Assembly: GCA_029953675.1 (NCBI GenBank)
Contig: JAMWBK010000006.1
Span: 1,364,001-1,428,000, forward strand
Length of the DNA: 64,000 nucleotides
DNA from: Rhodosorus marinus CCMP1338
Lineage: Eukaryota > Plantae > Rhodophyta
Reading direction: 5' to 3'
Shown here: in pieces, positions 1 to 12,433 of the stretch
How positions within the stretch are numbered: the stretch's first letter is position 1
Layout of the letters: every line of letters begins with the position of its first letter
The notes under the pieces: model-generated
What the model was told of the DNA's origin: nothing
Database searches by the model: none
Seen by the model: the letters and a program-made list of their open reading frames with translations, nothing else
Translations under genes and position numbers: made by a program

Positions 1-1234
1 CAATCATGTTGCGATAGTACGAGAGTTTTGTTGCTGCTCGCTGCTCTGTGTCACTGTGGAGATTGTTTTGGTGTTAAATCCCTAGAAACAGAAACGAATC
101 ACGATGGGCAGCATTGATCTGGTCATTGAGTGGTCCCACGCACGACGTTAAGACCTACGTAGGCATATAGCTTTCTCCTTGCGTGATGGAAGAGTGTGGT
201 ACTTGCCCGAGGTCCCTGCTGCTGGCGCTATGTATTGTCAGGAAGAAATCCTCTTATGAAAAAAAGCTCTGTGTGGGTGTTTGCATCGGAACAACAGCTT
301 CGTTCACCTGGTGAGTGACTGTCTTGGTTTCATGGATTCGAAGGCGCGTTACTGACCGCTTCGCTCTGTAGTTTGCCGTGTCACAAATTTTGGTGTCAAA
401 GCTCAATTTCCTGCTCTGATCGGTACCTGGCTCTGTTTCTGGAAGCCCAAGCTTTGCGGTTTATGTGTACTGGATTAATTGGTTGGTTTTCGTCGTTTGC
501 TCTGCAGATTTTCGTCATGATTCAACTGATCTGAATCTGCACTTATCAGTTTAATCAGAGCCAAACTACAAAAGACAGCGTGCTGTGCAGCGCACAGGAA
601 GGAATCGGTAAACCGCGGACACGGAGTATCGTACTCAGGGGGGCTGTGAGCTTAGACGTGGGGACAAACCAGCAAATCTACGATGAGGATCTTGAGGGTC
701 TGTTCTCATACACTCCTTCGGGGGTTCCGTTTATACTGAACACGTACGCTTCATGGACTCCGTCAGGAGGCCAAACCGCTGGCTAAAAGCTTCACTTCCG
801 ACACCGGCGATCTCCGCCACACGGTGTCTCAGCTCAATCGCTTGCTCCCTTCGAAAACTCCGCCCCCATGTTCCGCGAAACACCGCGCGCCTCGCGCATT
901 AGTCCGGGGTTTACTAGTAAAGCTTCAGGATTTTCCTCAGGGTAAGTCTCGTTCTGATTTCAACGACCGAATCTGCTTCCAACGGTCCCCGGTCCTACCA
1001 CTGGTGACCTCATAGAGACCCGTCCCGAATTCGATTCGACAACGTCTTAACCACATCCGTTGAAGAAGAACTCATTCTCAAATATACTCACAAACTTGAC
1101 AACAGTACAATCAACGTACTATTCAAGTACAACCATGTACTAATTTCCCTCGCCTTTTTCTGTTTTGTTCGGTGTTTTTTTGGCGTTCAGAATATTTATA
1201 GATACTAACTAGGTCCGGCTTGAGGCGGTCGAGT

Positions 1235-1269
1235 GGGAGGGGTGGGAGCCGGGGAGGGGGGGGGAAGGG
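1235..1269 (+). promoter_or_regulatory. G-tract cluster (putative G-quadruplex) upstream of the PDI-C gene
   Basis: GGG-A-GGGG-T-GGG-AGCC-GGGG-A-G9-AA-GGG, about 240 bp upstream of the ATG at 1509. Function is inferred only. Confidence 0.4.
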
Positions 1270-1508
1270 AATCGTGGGGATGGCTAAGGGTGATGGAAGT
1301 TGAACTGATATGAGAATTGGTTCTTTTTTTGTTTGCTTATGCTAGTATTATGGTAAGGGGACAGGAGGAGTTTATATCGAGGGTGGTGGGTTTTTGGCAG
1401 AGAAACGGAGGGGGGCTGAGATAGATTCTGTTTTGCGGGTTGGTTCTTTGGGAGCTGGGATTTTTTTTTTGTGTGTTTTCGTGTTGGCATCTTGAAGTGT
1501 TTTCCACC

Positions 1509-3000
1509 ATGGAGGCTTTGGAAAGGTTGGATATGTTCAGGAAGGCCTATAAGGACTTGCAAACGGTGTCAATGCGAGGAGCGGTTATGTCCGCTCTAAC
1601 GACCCTGCTCATGATCGTCCTTGTCGTCATCGAAGTGGTCAACTACGCCAAGGGTGATATTCGAACTGTAGTCGGGGTGAACCCTCACCAAACGGATACG
1701 ATGTGGATTTACTTCAAGATTACCTTTCCGAATATGCATTGTGATACGTTGACTGTCGACCTTCTGGACTATAAGGGTCATATGAGGCAGAACGTGGAAG
1801 CAACAATCTCGAGGACGTTTGTCGATGGTACGAGAATGGCGGATAGATCACTTCAAGCGCTGCTTAGGAAATCCGGGCTTAAGACGGAGAATACGCTTGG
1901 TATGAAGAGGGCCTTGCCGCTATCCCCAGCTAACTTCGACTCGGTCGTTCGACGGGAGAATACGTTCGTCGACTTTTATGCATCGTGGTGTCCCCATTGT
2001 CAGCGTTTGTCGCCGACTTGGGAAGCACTTGCAGCACACCTGCAACAAAGCGGCCAGAGAAATCTGGTTATCGCTTCAGTGGATTGCGTAACACACAAGG
2101 ATCTGTGTAGCAATCAGAACATACGAGGGTATCCGACAATGCGATTGTTCCAGAAAGGAAAACCGAAGGTGGACTATCAAGGTCAAAGAACAGTTGAGGG
2201 CTTTGAGTCGTTCCTGGAGGCGTCAAAAGCGATAGCACCCAAAAGCCACACCGTTCCTGTGCCCCCATCATCCGGGTGTATGATTCAGCTCAAAGCTGAG
2301 ACCTACGCGGTACCCGGGCAGATTCATTTTGGCGTCACAACAGACAAGCATAAGATAACTACTCAAGAGGCTAATATGACGCATTCCGTCGCCTGGATGC
2401 AGTTTGGGGACAACGTCCCCTTTCACATCTCTAGAAAGTTGGATACGAGAACTCGCAATGCGTTCAGGGCTATAAGCTCTACCGCTCACACAAGCACCAA
2501 GATTGGTAAGGAAGACAAACTCGCTGATTATTTGGTGTACAGAGAAATTCGTGTCCCACCTTCTCCGATCATACCTTCGGCCGTCAGCTGAAGGGTAAAG
2601 GGGGAGCGACAAGGTCTGGAGCTCCGTTTCGTACTGCTGAACTCAATTTTCTTCTGCCTTTCGTTCCACTGCCACAGAACAAAGCCATCACCACTACCTG
2701 AAGCTCATGGGCACAGTGGTGGAAGCCGCCTCGAGAATTGGAAGAGACATTTACAGCTACCAGTACACTGCGACACATCACAAGGAGCACCTGGAGCACC
2801 ACTTCCCGGCGGTGAAGATAACCTACGACATCAGCCCGAGCGTGGTCAGGATCCATAATACCTCCCAAAGGTGGTACGAATTCTTGACAAAATTGTTCGC
2901 TCTTGTGGGCGGCTTCTACACTGTGATGAGCTTCGTGGACACTGGCATTTCGTCAGTACTCCAGAAACGTGCAAAAGATACGATGGGCAAGCTCTCTTAA
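1509..3000 (+). CDS. ERGIC/Erv41-Erv46 family cargo receptor with an internal thioredoxin domain (PDI-C subfamily, plant PDIL5-3/5-4-like)
   Basis: N-terminus LDMFRKAYKDL..TM..ITFPNMHC is ERGIC_N-like. Thioredoxin site FYASWCPHCQRLSPTW. C-terminus HHHYLKL..YQYT..VKITYDISP..TM is COPII-coated ERV-like. A GT-AG intron at 2506-2677 joins the two ORFs in frame (TKI-E-QSHHHYLK). Confidence 0.9.
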
Positions 3001-3007
3001 GATCGCT

Positions 3008-3046
3008 TGTGCGTGTGTGTGTGTGTATGTGCGTGTTGTGTATGTG
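3008..3046 (+). repeat. Imperfect (TG)n microsatellite just after the PDI-C stop codon
   Basis: gtgcgtgtgtgtgtgtgtatgtgcgtgttgtgtatgtg read directly from the sequence. Confidence 0.8.
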
Positions 3047-3256
3047 GGTAAAACGACGCAAAAACGGAAAACCTGGATCTGTCTTCTTAATCCAAGTGAC
3101 TCGGCCAAACTATGGGTAAAAACCTCAGCGAGCTTTTAGAAGGCAGACTGTATCACCATTAAAAACAAAAAGAACAAGGCGAAGTATACATGAAAGCCAA
3201 AAGGGAAAGAACTACTACTATGCAGGGATGCGCTAGGGAGGCGAAACCGCGGAAGC

Positions 3257-3931
3257 TTAGGTCCGAAACCGATCAGGACTATCAGTGGAAATTTGCTTCA
3301 GCATTTCCATAAGGGCTTTCCCTGCTCTTACACGCTCTGCATCGGCAACATCACTAAAGTCTACATCGTGGCTAGTCATCAGCATCCTCAGCACGAGATT
3401 CATTGTTGGGTCCGCCTTACTCGCAAAATTGTCTGGTAGGAACACGTCGCTAGTTCCTCGCAGATCGTAGATGTTGCTCTCACTGCTCTCGGATTCCAAA
3501 CCTTTGAAATCTCTGATCTCCGTAGTTTCGCTGGCGTTCTCAACGATCAGGCATGGCCTCAACCAGTGCATATCCCTTGCCTCCACGTGGTCAATTACCT
3601 AAAGATCACCCAAGAAGCAGGAAAACGTCAAGTTAAAAATTCAGAGAAGCACGTCCGCGCAGTGCCGCAGTTCAAGCTCTGTAGACATTCTACATACCTC
3701 CGCCAACAGCCTCTTGTCCTTGTGGCTAACTATAACATACTCCCTAGGCTCAGATGCTAGCTCCTGCTCCTTGAACTCCAGCTTACGCGAAAAATCGTCA
3801 AACTCCTCCTCTGGTGATCGTGTCGACGGTGGTAGAGCCCGAAAACTGCCCCGAACATTCGTACATTTACGGGAACCCCTCAGTGGGCTACTTCTCATGG
3901 GGAAAACAAAACCCAGCACCGAGCACTCCAT
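3257..3931 (-). CDS. Putative plastid-targeted protein of about 190 aa resembling a conserved cyanobacterial hypothetical protein; 2 exons
   Basis: ORFs 3641-3931 and 3257-3586 join through intron 3599-3697 (GAG|GTATGT...CTTTAG|GTA) to give VSHKDKRLLAE-VIDHVEARDMHWLRPCLIV...IYDLRGTSDVFLP. The N-terminus MECSVLGFVFP followed by an Arg/Ser-rich stretch looks like a red-algal transit peptide. The family resemblance is recalled, not searched. Confidence 0.75.
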
Positions 3932-3959
3932 CTGGCTAAAGCCCCCACCGACCCAAAAC

Positions 3960-5480
3960 TAAACCAAAAAAAAAAGAAGCCCAGAAAACCAAACTCCCAA
4001 AACGTCGAAAACCCTTAAACGAACCTACCAACAAAAACAAAAACACGTCCTCGACCAAAACTCCGATCCTAACGACTCAGCCTCCCACAAAAACACTACA
4101 AAAACGAGAGAAAGAACCGGCTTGGACAATTCACAAAGACACACAAACCTTTCACACCATCGCCACCAACCCCCTAAGAAAAACGAACCACACAGTCACA
4201 GCACGGCTTGCGAACCCCGACCCACAACAAACCTTCCCCCGTCACAACCTTTCAGACCAAACAATACATTACTACATCATCTTCATCCAGATTTTTTGCC
4301 ATTACATTACACACATACACATCATCTCCAACTCCTCTCCACCAGTATACTTGTGATAGTAGTGACCCTTTGATACTCCGTCACACCCTCTCCTCCCCCC
4401 TCTCTCCCTATCCAAAACAGCCATTCTTCATCATAGAGAGAATGTATGTCCCATTTGCTTTTTCCCCCATTGGAAAAGACATCCCTAAAAATCCAAAACA
4501 ATTTCTCTCAAAACGAATTAATATATATATATCTATATATATTTCCATTTTGACTGTTCCCATGAATATCTAACAAAAAAATCTCACATATTCAAATAAA
4601 TATATAGAAATCTAATCTCTGGAAAACCTCAATATTTTGGTAGATATTAGAAATAGGGGAAGAAAAATATTGTAAAGATTATATCTGGAAACAGTATATA
4701 TATGTAAATATTTTGAGGGAGGATTTTTTCTTTGAATGAGGGATGAAAATTGGAGGATTAAATATAGTTTTGATGGATGTTGGGACACGTGGTAATTTTT
4801 GATTGAATTTCGTGCACATTTTGTATTGAGGAAACTTTAAGAAATTTGATAGGATAAAGTTTTTCTTGTTCTGGTATTGTAGAATAAAAATCTATCAAAT
4901 GATGGGATCGCGGGGGGGCGTTGCTTATTTTGTGTTTTTGTTAATTTTTAGATTACTTGAGGTTATGAACTGCGAAAAACACGAAATAAATGGGAAAGGA
5001 TTCCAAAAGAAATAAATAAAAAAATTAGATTCGAAATGTGCTGGAACATTCATAAACTTTGTTCTAACCGACACTAAACGGGAAATTTTATTCGTTTTCT
5101 ACTTTTTGTACTTTCCAATTTCTGGTGTTCGATTTCCATTCTCCCACCCCACCCCCCTTTTGCAACATGCTTCCTCCCCACTAGACGATTGTACTGTTTT
5201 AGATACGAATATTGAGAAATACAAATTTTTTGCAAGGATTTCGAATTTTGACATATGAAAATACCCCCCATCCCATGGAATTTCTTTCCCGATCTTCTAT
5301 CACGGATGGAGGTCGAAAATCCATTTAAGTGTCTTATTTTATGGATTGGCTCAATCTAAATTATACTATTTTTTTTACTATCATTTGGATTGAATACTTT
5401 GTATTCAGTCTTTTTGCGTCTTGTATACATTGATATTGGGAGTGACTCTTTCATGGTATAAGCAAGTCTCCAATTTGATA
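3960..5480. other. Low-complexity intergenic block: A/C-rich, then AT-rich
   Basis: Poly-A and CA-rich runs, (AT)n at about 4520-4540, and no credible ORF. Confidence 0.5.
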
Positions 5481-5899
5481 GGATACGACGGAGATACACA
5501 TTCAATGCCGACTTGCGGGATTCGGAGGTGACCAGGGTGTGTCAGTGATAGCTGCTGGGTGGGGGACTGTGAAGTGCGCCCAACGAATGTGTTGTGAAAG
5601 AAACAGTAGGCTCAGGGCTTGCGTCGGGTATCCTATCACTTTCAACTGAAGCACCCGCGTTGTCTCTATCCTTGTTCCGGCGGTGAATTGTTTTGGGACC
5701 GCTCGTTTGGTGCAGTCTGAGTGGTCTATGCATTCTTCAGTAGGCCTGCCAGCGTGATGCCCTACGAATCCTTGAAGAGAGTCGCTGACGCATTTTGGAA
5801 TAGAGCTCCTCCGATCACCTGCTCCGGGGGGACTGGGCCAACAGTCTGTCGAGTTGTCGACGTAGCCCTGGGTGCTAGTTGGACATCTGACGGGAGGAG

Positions 5900-7170
5900 T
5901 TGGTCTCCTCGACTGGGTTGGGCTGGTATGATCCACTTATTAATACGTTCAACGTTAGATCGTCCTGCTGTTTATGGGCCTCCTGCTTGACTATTGCTCG
6001 ATTCAGAGCGGTCATGCTTCAAACGCTTGTATCACGTAGCACGAAATGCTGGATTTGTTGCGGCACGGCTAGGCTGAAACCCAAGCACGTCCCTCAGCCC
6101 TTATCCTTCTGCTGATCGCAAAACTTCGCTGTATGCTCCGGCCTATGAGAAGGCCCTCGCAGCGAGCGGTTGGTTTCTGCCAATGTCTGGACCAGTCAAA
6201 GAATCGAAATTGCTTCTTCAAATTACATAGGAAGAGGCGCAGAGTCAAATACGAAAGTTCTACGATGAGCAGAAAGAGAAGGACTTGGACAGGTAATAAT
6301 CTGCTCAGCAACACAACAAACGAATAATGCTTCGATGTGACACGAAGCAAAACCAAAAGAAGTAGTTTTCATGCTGTTCTATTACTAGTTTCACACCAAA
6401 CGACGTCCATCCCTCCTCACTTTCAACTATTCCAGTGTCAAACTTTGGCAAGCCACTCCAGCAGCTTGAAGAGGTGCCCATGCTAGTCCACAGACAAAGC
6501 CTACAATCGAGAAGGAACATATTCCTACTCGCTCTGATTAAGCGGAGCTCTCTCAGTCATAAACGAACAAAGCTCCCGTCCAGATGCAAATATTAATAAG
6601 GATACTGTACTTCCTTAAAGCCTTCTATCCCCGAAAGTGTTCTCAACCATCACATCTAAAGTAGCAGTCCGATCCAAATCCAATCCGTCCCAATCACGAT
6701 CGTCCGAACTGCAACAGATACCATCAAGGATCTGCAGACAACTAGAAAGGTTGCGGTCAGAGACTCAGTTCCAGTTCTTGCAGCGGCAATTCGCGTCCAG
6801 CCGTAACAGATCCATGGATTCCGTGTGGGCTACGAAGAGGTTTTGAAACGCAGCAAGCAAAAACGGAGAAAGTTTTGCGACGCAATCGGCAAAGCAGAGG
6901 TCGAGCAGGGTTTAGTAATCTACGGCTCCGGAAGCGTGGTATGGACGAGCAAACTGTTTTACAACGATCTTCTAGCGTGGGCCAAGCTTATGGAGCTATT
7001 AAAAACAACTACATGGGGTGCTTCACACCGGTTCCGATGCGCAACGAGCAAGGTACCGAGGTCACCACGGAAGAGGGTTTCTGTCAGAAGGATAGTGGTT
7101 CTGTCCCAGAGCTGGCGGGTAGCGAGTGCCAGACTCTGCTTCTGAGAGCCCTCACAGATCTTCAATGATG
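5900..7170 (+). pseudogene. Degenerate coding relic, possibly a Mutator-like transposase C-terminal part
   Basis: One + frame reads as protein with scattered stops (SCFKRLYHVARNAG..*..YAPAYEKALAASGWFLPMSGP..*EEAQSQIRKFYDEQKE). Faint SWIM-like (about 5960-6050) and zinc-knuckle-like (HRFRCATSK/GH, about 7025-7070) traces. Confidence 0.3.
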
Positions 7171-7288
7171 ATGGTTTCCAGCCTCAACTAGGCAGAATTC
7201 TTCCACTAGCCCTGGTGCTACCGGTTGTCCCCCCGCCCAGAAAGCAGCCATTGGTTCGAGCTCAACGGCCGTGGATTGCGGGAGGTCT

Positions 7289-7783
7289 CTACTCCTTGGC
7301 TTTGTTCTTCTTGAGCTCAGACAAACTTTGAACACCTCCAAGGTTCCAATTCTCGACCTCGATCTGCACGATTTCCGCCAGCTCAGAGTCGTCCAGGGCC
7401 ATGATTCGCCTCATGCTTTTGGGAATGGTCGACATCGCACCAAAGTAACCCCCGCATGCAACCAACCCTGGCACGACAAGCCAACGAGCGTACCCTGGAA
7501 ATCTAATATCTCTACGAATCGCTACAACGTCGAGGAAAACTTTCCCATGTCAGAACGGAATTCCAGTCGTCCCGTGTTCGTCATAAGGCGGAGCTTTACC
7601 TGCCCTTCCAAGCGCCAAAACAGTTGTCGTCGCTCCGGCTCCTGCAAGACCTCCCAGCGCTGCTTCCTTTGCTCCGACTCTGCAAGCTGCCTTTTCTTCA
7701 TCAGAGAAATTCTCCCAGACCAGTAGATCTTGTCGCCGCCTGCGTAAGGTCAGTCTTCTCTTAATGTCATCTTCCGTAGCCAT
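7289..7783 (-). CDS. Small uncharacterised membrane protein of about 138 aa with two hydrophobic segments; 2 exons
   Basis: Intron 7522-7599 (G|GTAAAG...TTGTAG|CG) joins the two ORFs in frame: ...GGLAGAGATTTVLALGRA-AIRRDIRFPGYARWLVVPGLVACGGYFGAMSTIPKSMRRIMALDDSELAE... Confidence 0.7.
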
Positions 7784-10700
7784 CGAGAGGAAAGCGATAA
7801 ATAACCGAGCTAATAACGCTTTCTGTCCTTCAAACGCTCAAAAGCTCGTCAGAGTCAAATCAGCAGGGAGGTGAATCGTCCTTCCTCGCTCACAAGAGGT
7901 GTGCATACTCACTCAACCTCCTTCCCGAGCAAAACTTGCGACATTATCATCACCTGTTAAGATCCCAGCCGTTGATACCATGGCGGCACTGGGTGAGGGC
8001 ACTCGGCAGACTGCCGCGGTGCTTAAGAGCAAGGCCTGGCCACTGGTTCGTGGGGAGGAGAAAACGTTGCGAGAGTAACTAATTGTACGATCGACTGGAT
8101 CTGGTCCTAGAGCGCCTCGGCTGAGTCGGGCAGCTTCGGGTGCCACTGCTCGAGGTGATCGCATCGCGGCGAGGGTATCAAGAAAAACGACTAGTTTCAG
8201 TTTGTTCTCGAAATTGTACGCAGGATAAGATTTAGGATCGTCATATAGCAGATGTGCCTCAGGCCAAGAAGTACAGAGGACTTGCGGCCCAGGTTGCAGG
8301 TTAGATTCTAGTACCCGTTCAATCGTTGGGGTCGTATGTGAGAAGATGATGAAGGTTCAGCCTTACTGCTCCCGGACGCTGAAAGTTTCTACAAGTGATT
8401 CGGACTATAAGGTGAAAATTGATTTAATTAGCCTCGTCACGCTTTAAACTCTACAAGCTGTCCGCGAGGTCCCTTGACGATTGGTTAGCGAGAAACTTCT
8501 CAGGTTAAAGAAACGCTGAAATTTCTAAAAAAGATTTCAAGGTTCTAGAGCGGAAACAATTGTTCCTTTCTGCACATTAATATCCAGTCTCGGCCAGCGC
8601 ATTAACCTGTCTTCGTTCTGAAGTTCACTCCAGGCTGTAGTTTTGTCTTTCCTCCAGTTGGGACACAAAGTACAGTTTGACATCCTCCGCACAATACAAC
8701 AGTGGATGCATGGCTGAAAATTGTCGTCCTGCACATCAAAAAAGAAGAATTGTCCGTGAGAAAACAATATTATGCAGCTCATGACGCGGCACTTTAAAGC
8801 GGTTCGCCCCGTTGTTCAACCTCTTCGGCAAATTCACAACTTACAAAGTCAAACAACCGTGACACTTGACATCCATAAAACTTGAGTTAGGAGACTGTAC
8901 CAATCTCTTCAACTTATGTTTCTTCATCTCCTGAGCAGGAGTCGGGTGCAACAAGTCGGTTTCAAGAATCTACAAGACGGAAAAAAACGATCAACGACAG
9001 CGAAAATAGTCAGCACCAACTCTCTCATTCTCCCCAAAACAAAATCCACAACAACAATCCTCTAAATCAAGCATCACGACGCCCAAAACCAGACCTTATC
9101 CCGGTCTATTTTCAAGAACCAACACCGACAAAACAAGCAAAACCTTGGATCAAGAACAACAATCCTCGAAACATAAAAAGGCAATCACCTCGCCCACCCG
9201 GCGGTGCCCCGGCTCTCCATGACTCTACCAAGTCTTCCCATCAAACATTCAACAAATACGCAAAGTAACTAAAGAGCAAAGAATGATGACTAGCTGCTTA
9301 CCCCCATCTTAATCTCAAATAATATTTTCGTTACCTCAACACAAAATCCTTCAACCGACCCTAGCCTGAACTCTTCTCCGACAATACCTACTTTGTTACC
9401 CCAACGAAGCGCCTACCCGCCTCATCCACCTGCCCAAATCCTCCCCTTATAAGAAATTGGACTCTTCTCTGCAGCGTCTCCCGCGGCGTAATGACGGCGA
9501 TTAGAAAACCTTGAAAATCAAGTTGTTTTCAAGGCCCCATGCCTTCATTCCCACTGAACCCCTGGCGAAAAATAATAGGAAATTTTCCGTCGCAGCATCA
9601 ACAGTTTTGTTCCCCAAAAATGAAAGGGGTCTTTGAAATGTCTCAATCTCAAAGGGTTAAATAATACGACAAAGAATGTAGAATATATTTATTCTTCGAA
9701 TATATTTCATATTTCATTGCTGGACGGATATTCCGCAACGGGGTGAAAAAGGTTGTTCTTGTCGCGCTTATCATGCGACGTATTCTTTCCCCCTTCTATC
9801 CGTGAATCCGTTTTCGCCTTGTTCGTTTGTTAACGGGTTGGGAAACTTTCTGGGGAAAAGCGCAAGCTGAAATCGGAACTGATCTGATCAAAATGAACAT
9901 TTTTTGACAAAACAAACGAAATATTTTGACGAGGGGTAGTACTATCTGCAGAATATATTTATGAATATTATTGACTGAAAAGGCTGGACGTTCGTTATGC
10001 ATCCCCCCCTTCAACAAAATGAAACCACTTCCCTTCGCTTCTAGATATACACTTTCTACATCATAATTTTGCTAAAACAGTGCGGGACTATCTTTGACTT
10101 CCGAAGAGTCCCATTCTTGTTCCCTACCCGTGTACGGACGATATCCACTCGCGCAGCTTGAATATTGAAATATTTAAAGCCTATATTATGATATACGGCG
10201 TTCACATAGGGAGGGTACAAAATGGGTAACAACTCGACTTGGTACGAGGGGGAACCCGATTACCCTAAACGCATCCTGTTCTTGCTACCCCTAAGTTCTG
10301 GACCAAAATCCGGAACCTAACAAATAATTTTTTTAAAACAAAACTACACAATTGAGGACACCTGTCTCCAATTTTTATCGACGGGGGTAACCAGGAAAGC
10401 ATATGATCCAATCATATTATGACAAATCGAACTGATTGTGGGCTAAGCCAATAGGATACGGTCTGCGAGGTTCGCCGCGGTCGAAGGTTTCTGGTATTCC
10501 TAAGAGGTCGTTACGTTTCAGCTGACACTTGGGAGGGGTGGGGATGCCGTCTCTCACTATGTCTCGTCTGTACAGATGCTCTTCTGTTCCAACAGAGCAG
10601 AGTTATAGATCATATGGTAGTGACTATCTTGATGTTATTGTGTCCTCCATTCGCGGGGTTGTTTCCGTAGATGCTGACCCCCCGGCGGAAGATGAAACTG

Positions 10701-11446
10701 TCGATGCTTTCCCCAGGGGGGTGGGGGGTTGATGAACTCCAGTTCAGTCCTCCTCTGTATCCGGGACGTGCATGCTTGATTCCGTCCCCAGCGAGCTGGT
10801 GACCACTTGATCGGACGGATCTACTGAGAAGAGCGGCTTCTGGGATACAGAACCACGCGCTAAAGAAGTGGAACCGTACAATGCCAGAACCGTACAGCAC
10901 GGGGAGTTGGTGAGGTTCCAAGGCAGGACTGTTTCGGTGAATATGGGGTTATCTCCACCGAATCCAGCTTTCAACAATAACAGCACGCTTCCGGTTCGAC
11001 ATTTTATCCATACCGTACAGCTGCAGCATGTTCGCAACAAACTTGAACGTGCACCCGAGGACCCCAATAAGCAATTCCAACCGGGAAGCTGTTGTTGGCA
11101 CGCAACACTCTACCTACCCCAACCGTGAAGATTGCGGAGTCACTACTTCAACATTCTGCAATCAACCTCCACAGTTGTTTGAAGCAATCAGGATTAGTTT
11201 GCGCGTATCATAATTACTTTCCTCTCGCGCTTTTTTGAAGCAATTAAGATCAGCCCAAACGTCCCAAAAGCAGGAGAGCATGCTGCTCAACAGCTTTTCC
11301 TCTTGAAAATTTTGATCCAAAACAACAGCATCGCCCTCGAATCATTCCGAGCTTGAACATCACGTAGATACGGAACATCGTCATGCCAGTGCTCAAACGA
11401 AGCAGACTGATGAGCAGGCTTTGGTACATGCTGAATCTGACTGTCG

Positions 11447-12433
11447 TCAGGCTTTCAGCATCTTGTCCGCATAAACGTCCCAGAGGGCTATCCTCCGGTC
11501 GTCACCAGAACTGGCAAACAAGCCCGTCACGCCCTGGGCCGCACAGCAATGAACCATCGCTTCATGATAACGCAGACTGGCCAACGCACGTAGTTGCCCA
11601 TCCTTTCCACTTTTTGTGCCGAAGATTCGAACGCCTCCATCCCAACATGCAACAACAAGGATCCTTCCATCGCTCCTAAAGCACAATTGAGAAAGTCCCG
11701 GGTTCCTCAAAGTTGCAGCTTGAAGCCTAGAGAATTCATTGGACGCGATCTTGAAAGATACGATATCACTTGAAGCACCTCCGCAGACGAATGTCCCGTC
11801 CACCGGGTGACGAGCAAGAGAAAAGATGGGCTCGTCCGAAATGTTTTCTTCGGCGACCGCAGATCCTACCCTTAGATCCCACAGACGCAACTGTCCATCC
11901 TCATGACCGGAAACCAGATTGTACTCGTCATGGAACTGAAGCGCAGTGCACATTCCCCAAGATTTCTCTCTCTGGTTGAGTGAAGCGACTTGATCCCCAG
12001 TTCCAGCATAGATCCCTATGGAAGTGCTCCTCTCCGACTGAGCCGCAGCGAGGTATGAGAACCGGTTTTTTCCCTCGGTCGAGTAAACATCAAACTGGCA
12101 AAATCCTTCAGCCAGACCGGTACATACCTCTCCAAGTCCAGTCAGCTCCCCGCTCTTTCCATACCCCCACTCTAGGATCCGTCCATCTCTACCATGCGAG
12201 AGGATACCCTCCGAGGTGTTCCCTCCACAATCACTAAGCCCAATGATCGGCTTCCCTCCATGCGTGAGCCTCTGGCTAGTCGTTTCCAACTCGGAGATAT
12301 TCCACAGTCTCAAGTTGCCCTTGACGTCACCCGAAGCGAGATGAGCATCCCCAGTGAACGCCAGGGACATGACTTCATGAGCATGACCTCTGAAGACCTT
12401 GCTCGGTGCTGGTGAGTTCCCCAAGCTGGACAT
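11447..12433 (-). CDS. GNB1L: WD40 protein of the GNB1L / Asa1 / DSE1 family (TTT/ASTRA-associated)
   Basis: Single-exon 328 aa. Motifs PAPSKVFRGH, SHGRDG, GFCQF, GMC..GHEDG.LRLWDLR, PGLSQLCFRSDGRILVVACWDG, LASLRYH and SSGDDRRIALW follow the GNB1L/Asa1 pattern. Confidence 0.85.
   Translation of the reverse strand: MSSLGNSPAPSKVFRGHAHEVMSLAFTGDAHLASGDVKGNLRLWNISELETTSQRLTHGGKPIIGLSDCGGNTSEGILSHGRDGRILEWGYGKSGELTGLGEVCTGLAEGFCQFDVYSTEGKNRFSYLAAAQSERSTSIGIYAGTGDQVASLNQREKSWGMCTALQFHDEYNLVSGHEDGQLRLWDLRVGSAVAEENISDEPIFSLARHPVDGTFVCGGASSDIVSFKIASNEFSRLQAATLRNPGLSQLCFRSDGRILVVACWDGGVRIFGTKSGKDGQLRALASLRYHEAMVHCCAAQGVTGLFASSGDDRRIALWDVYADKMLKA

Noticed and set aside
580-786. 68 aa ORF (GTG start) at the window start
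   Set aside because: No recognisable motif, no ATG and no convincing upstream exon; cannot be supported as a gene
8344-8385. C box (ATGATGA) and D box (CTGA) pair suggesting a C/D snoRNA
   Set aside because: The boxes are only about 30 nt apart, too short, and no rRNA-complementary guide was recognised
8537-8782. Cys-rich 81 aa ORF (CIHC..CTLC)
   Set aside because: Isolated, with no matching domain or flanking exons
10490-11213. Cluster of overlapping 60-107 aa ORFs
   Set aside because: No family motif or consistent splice model in any frame
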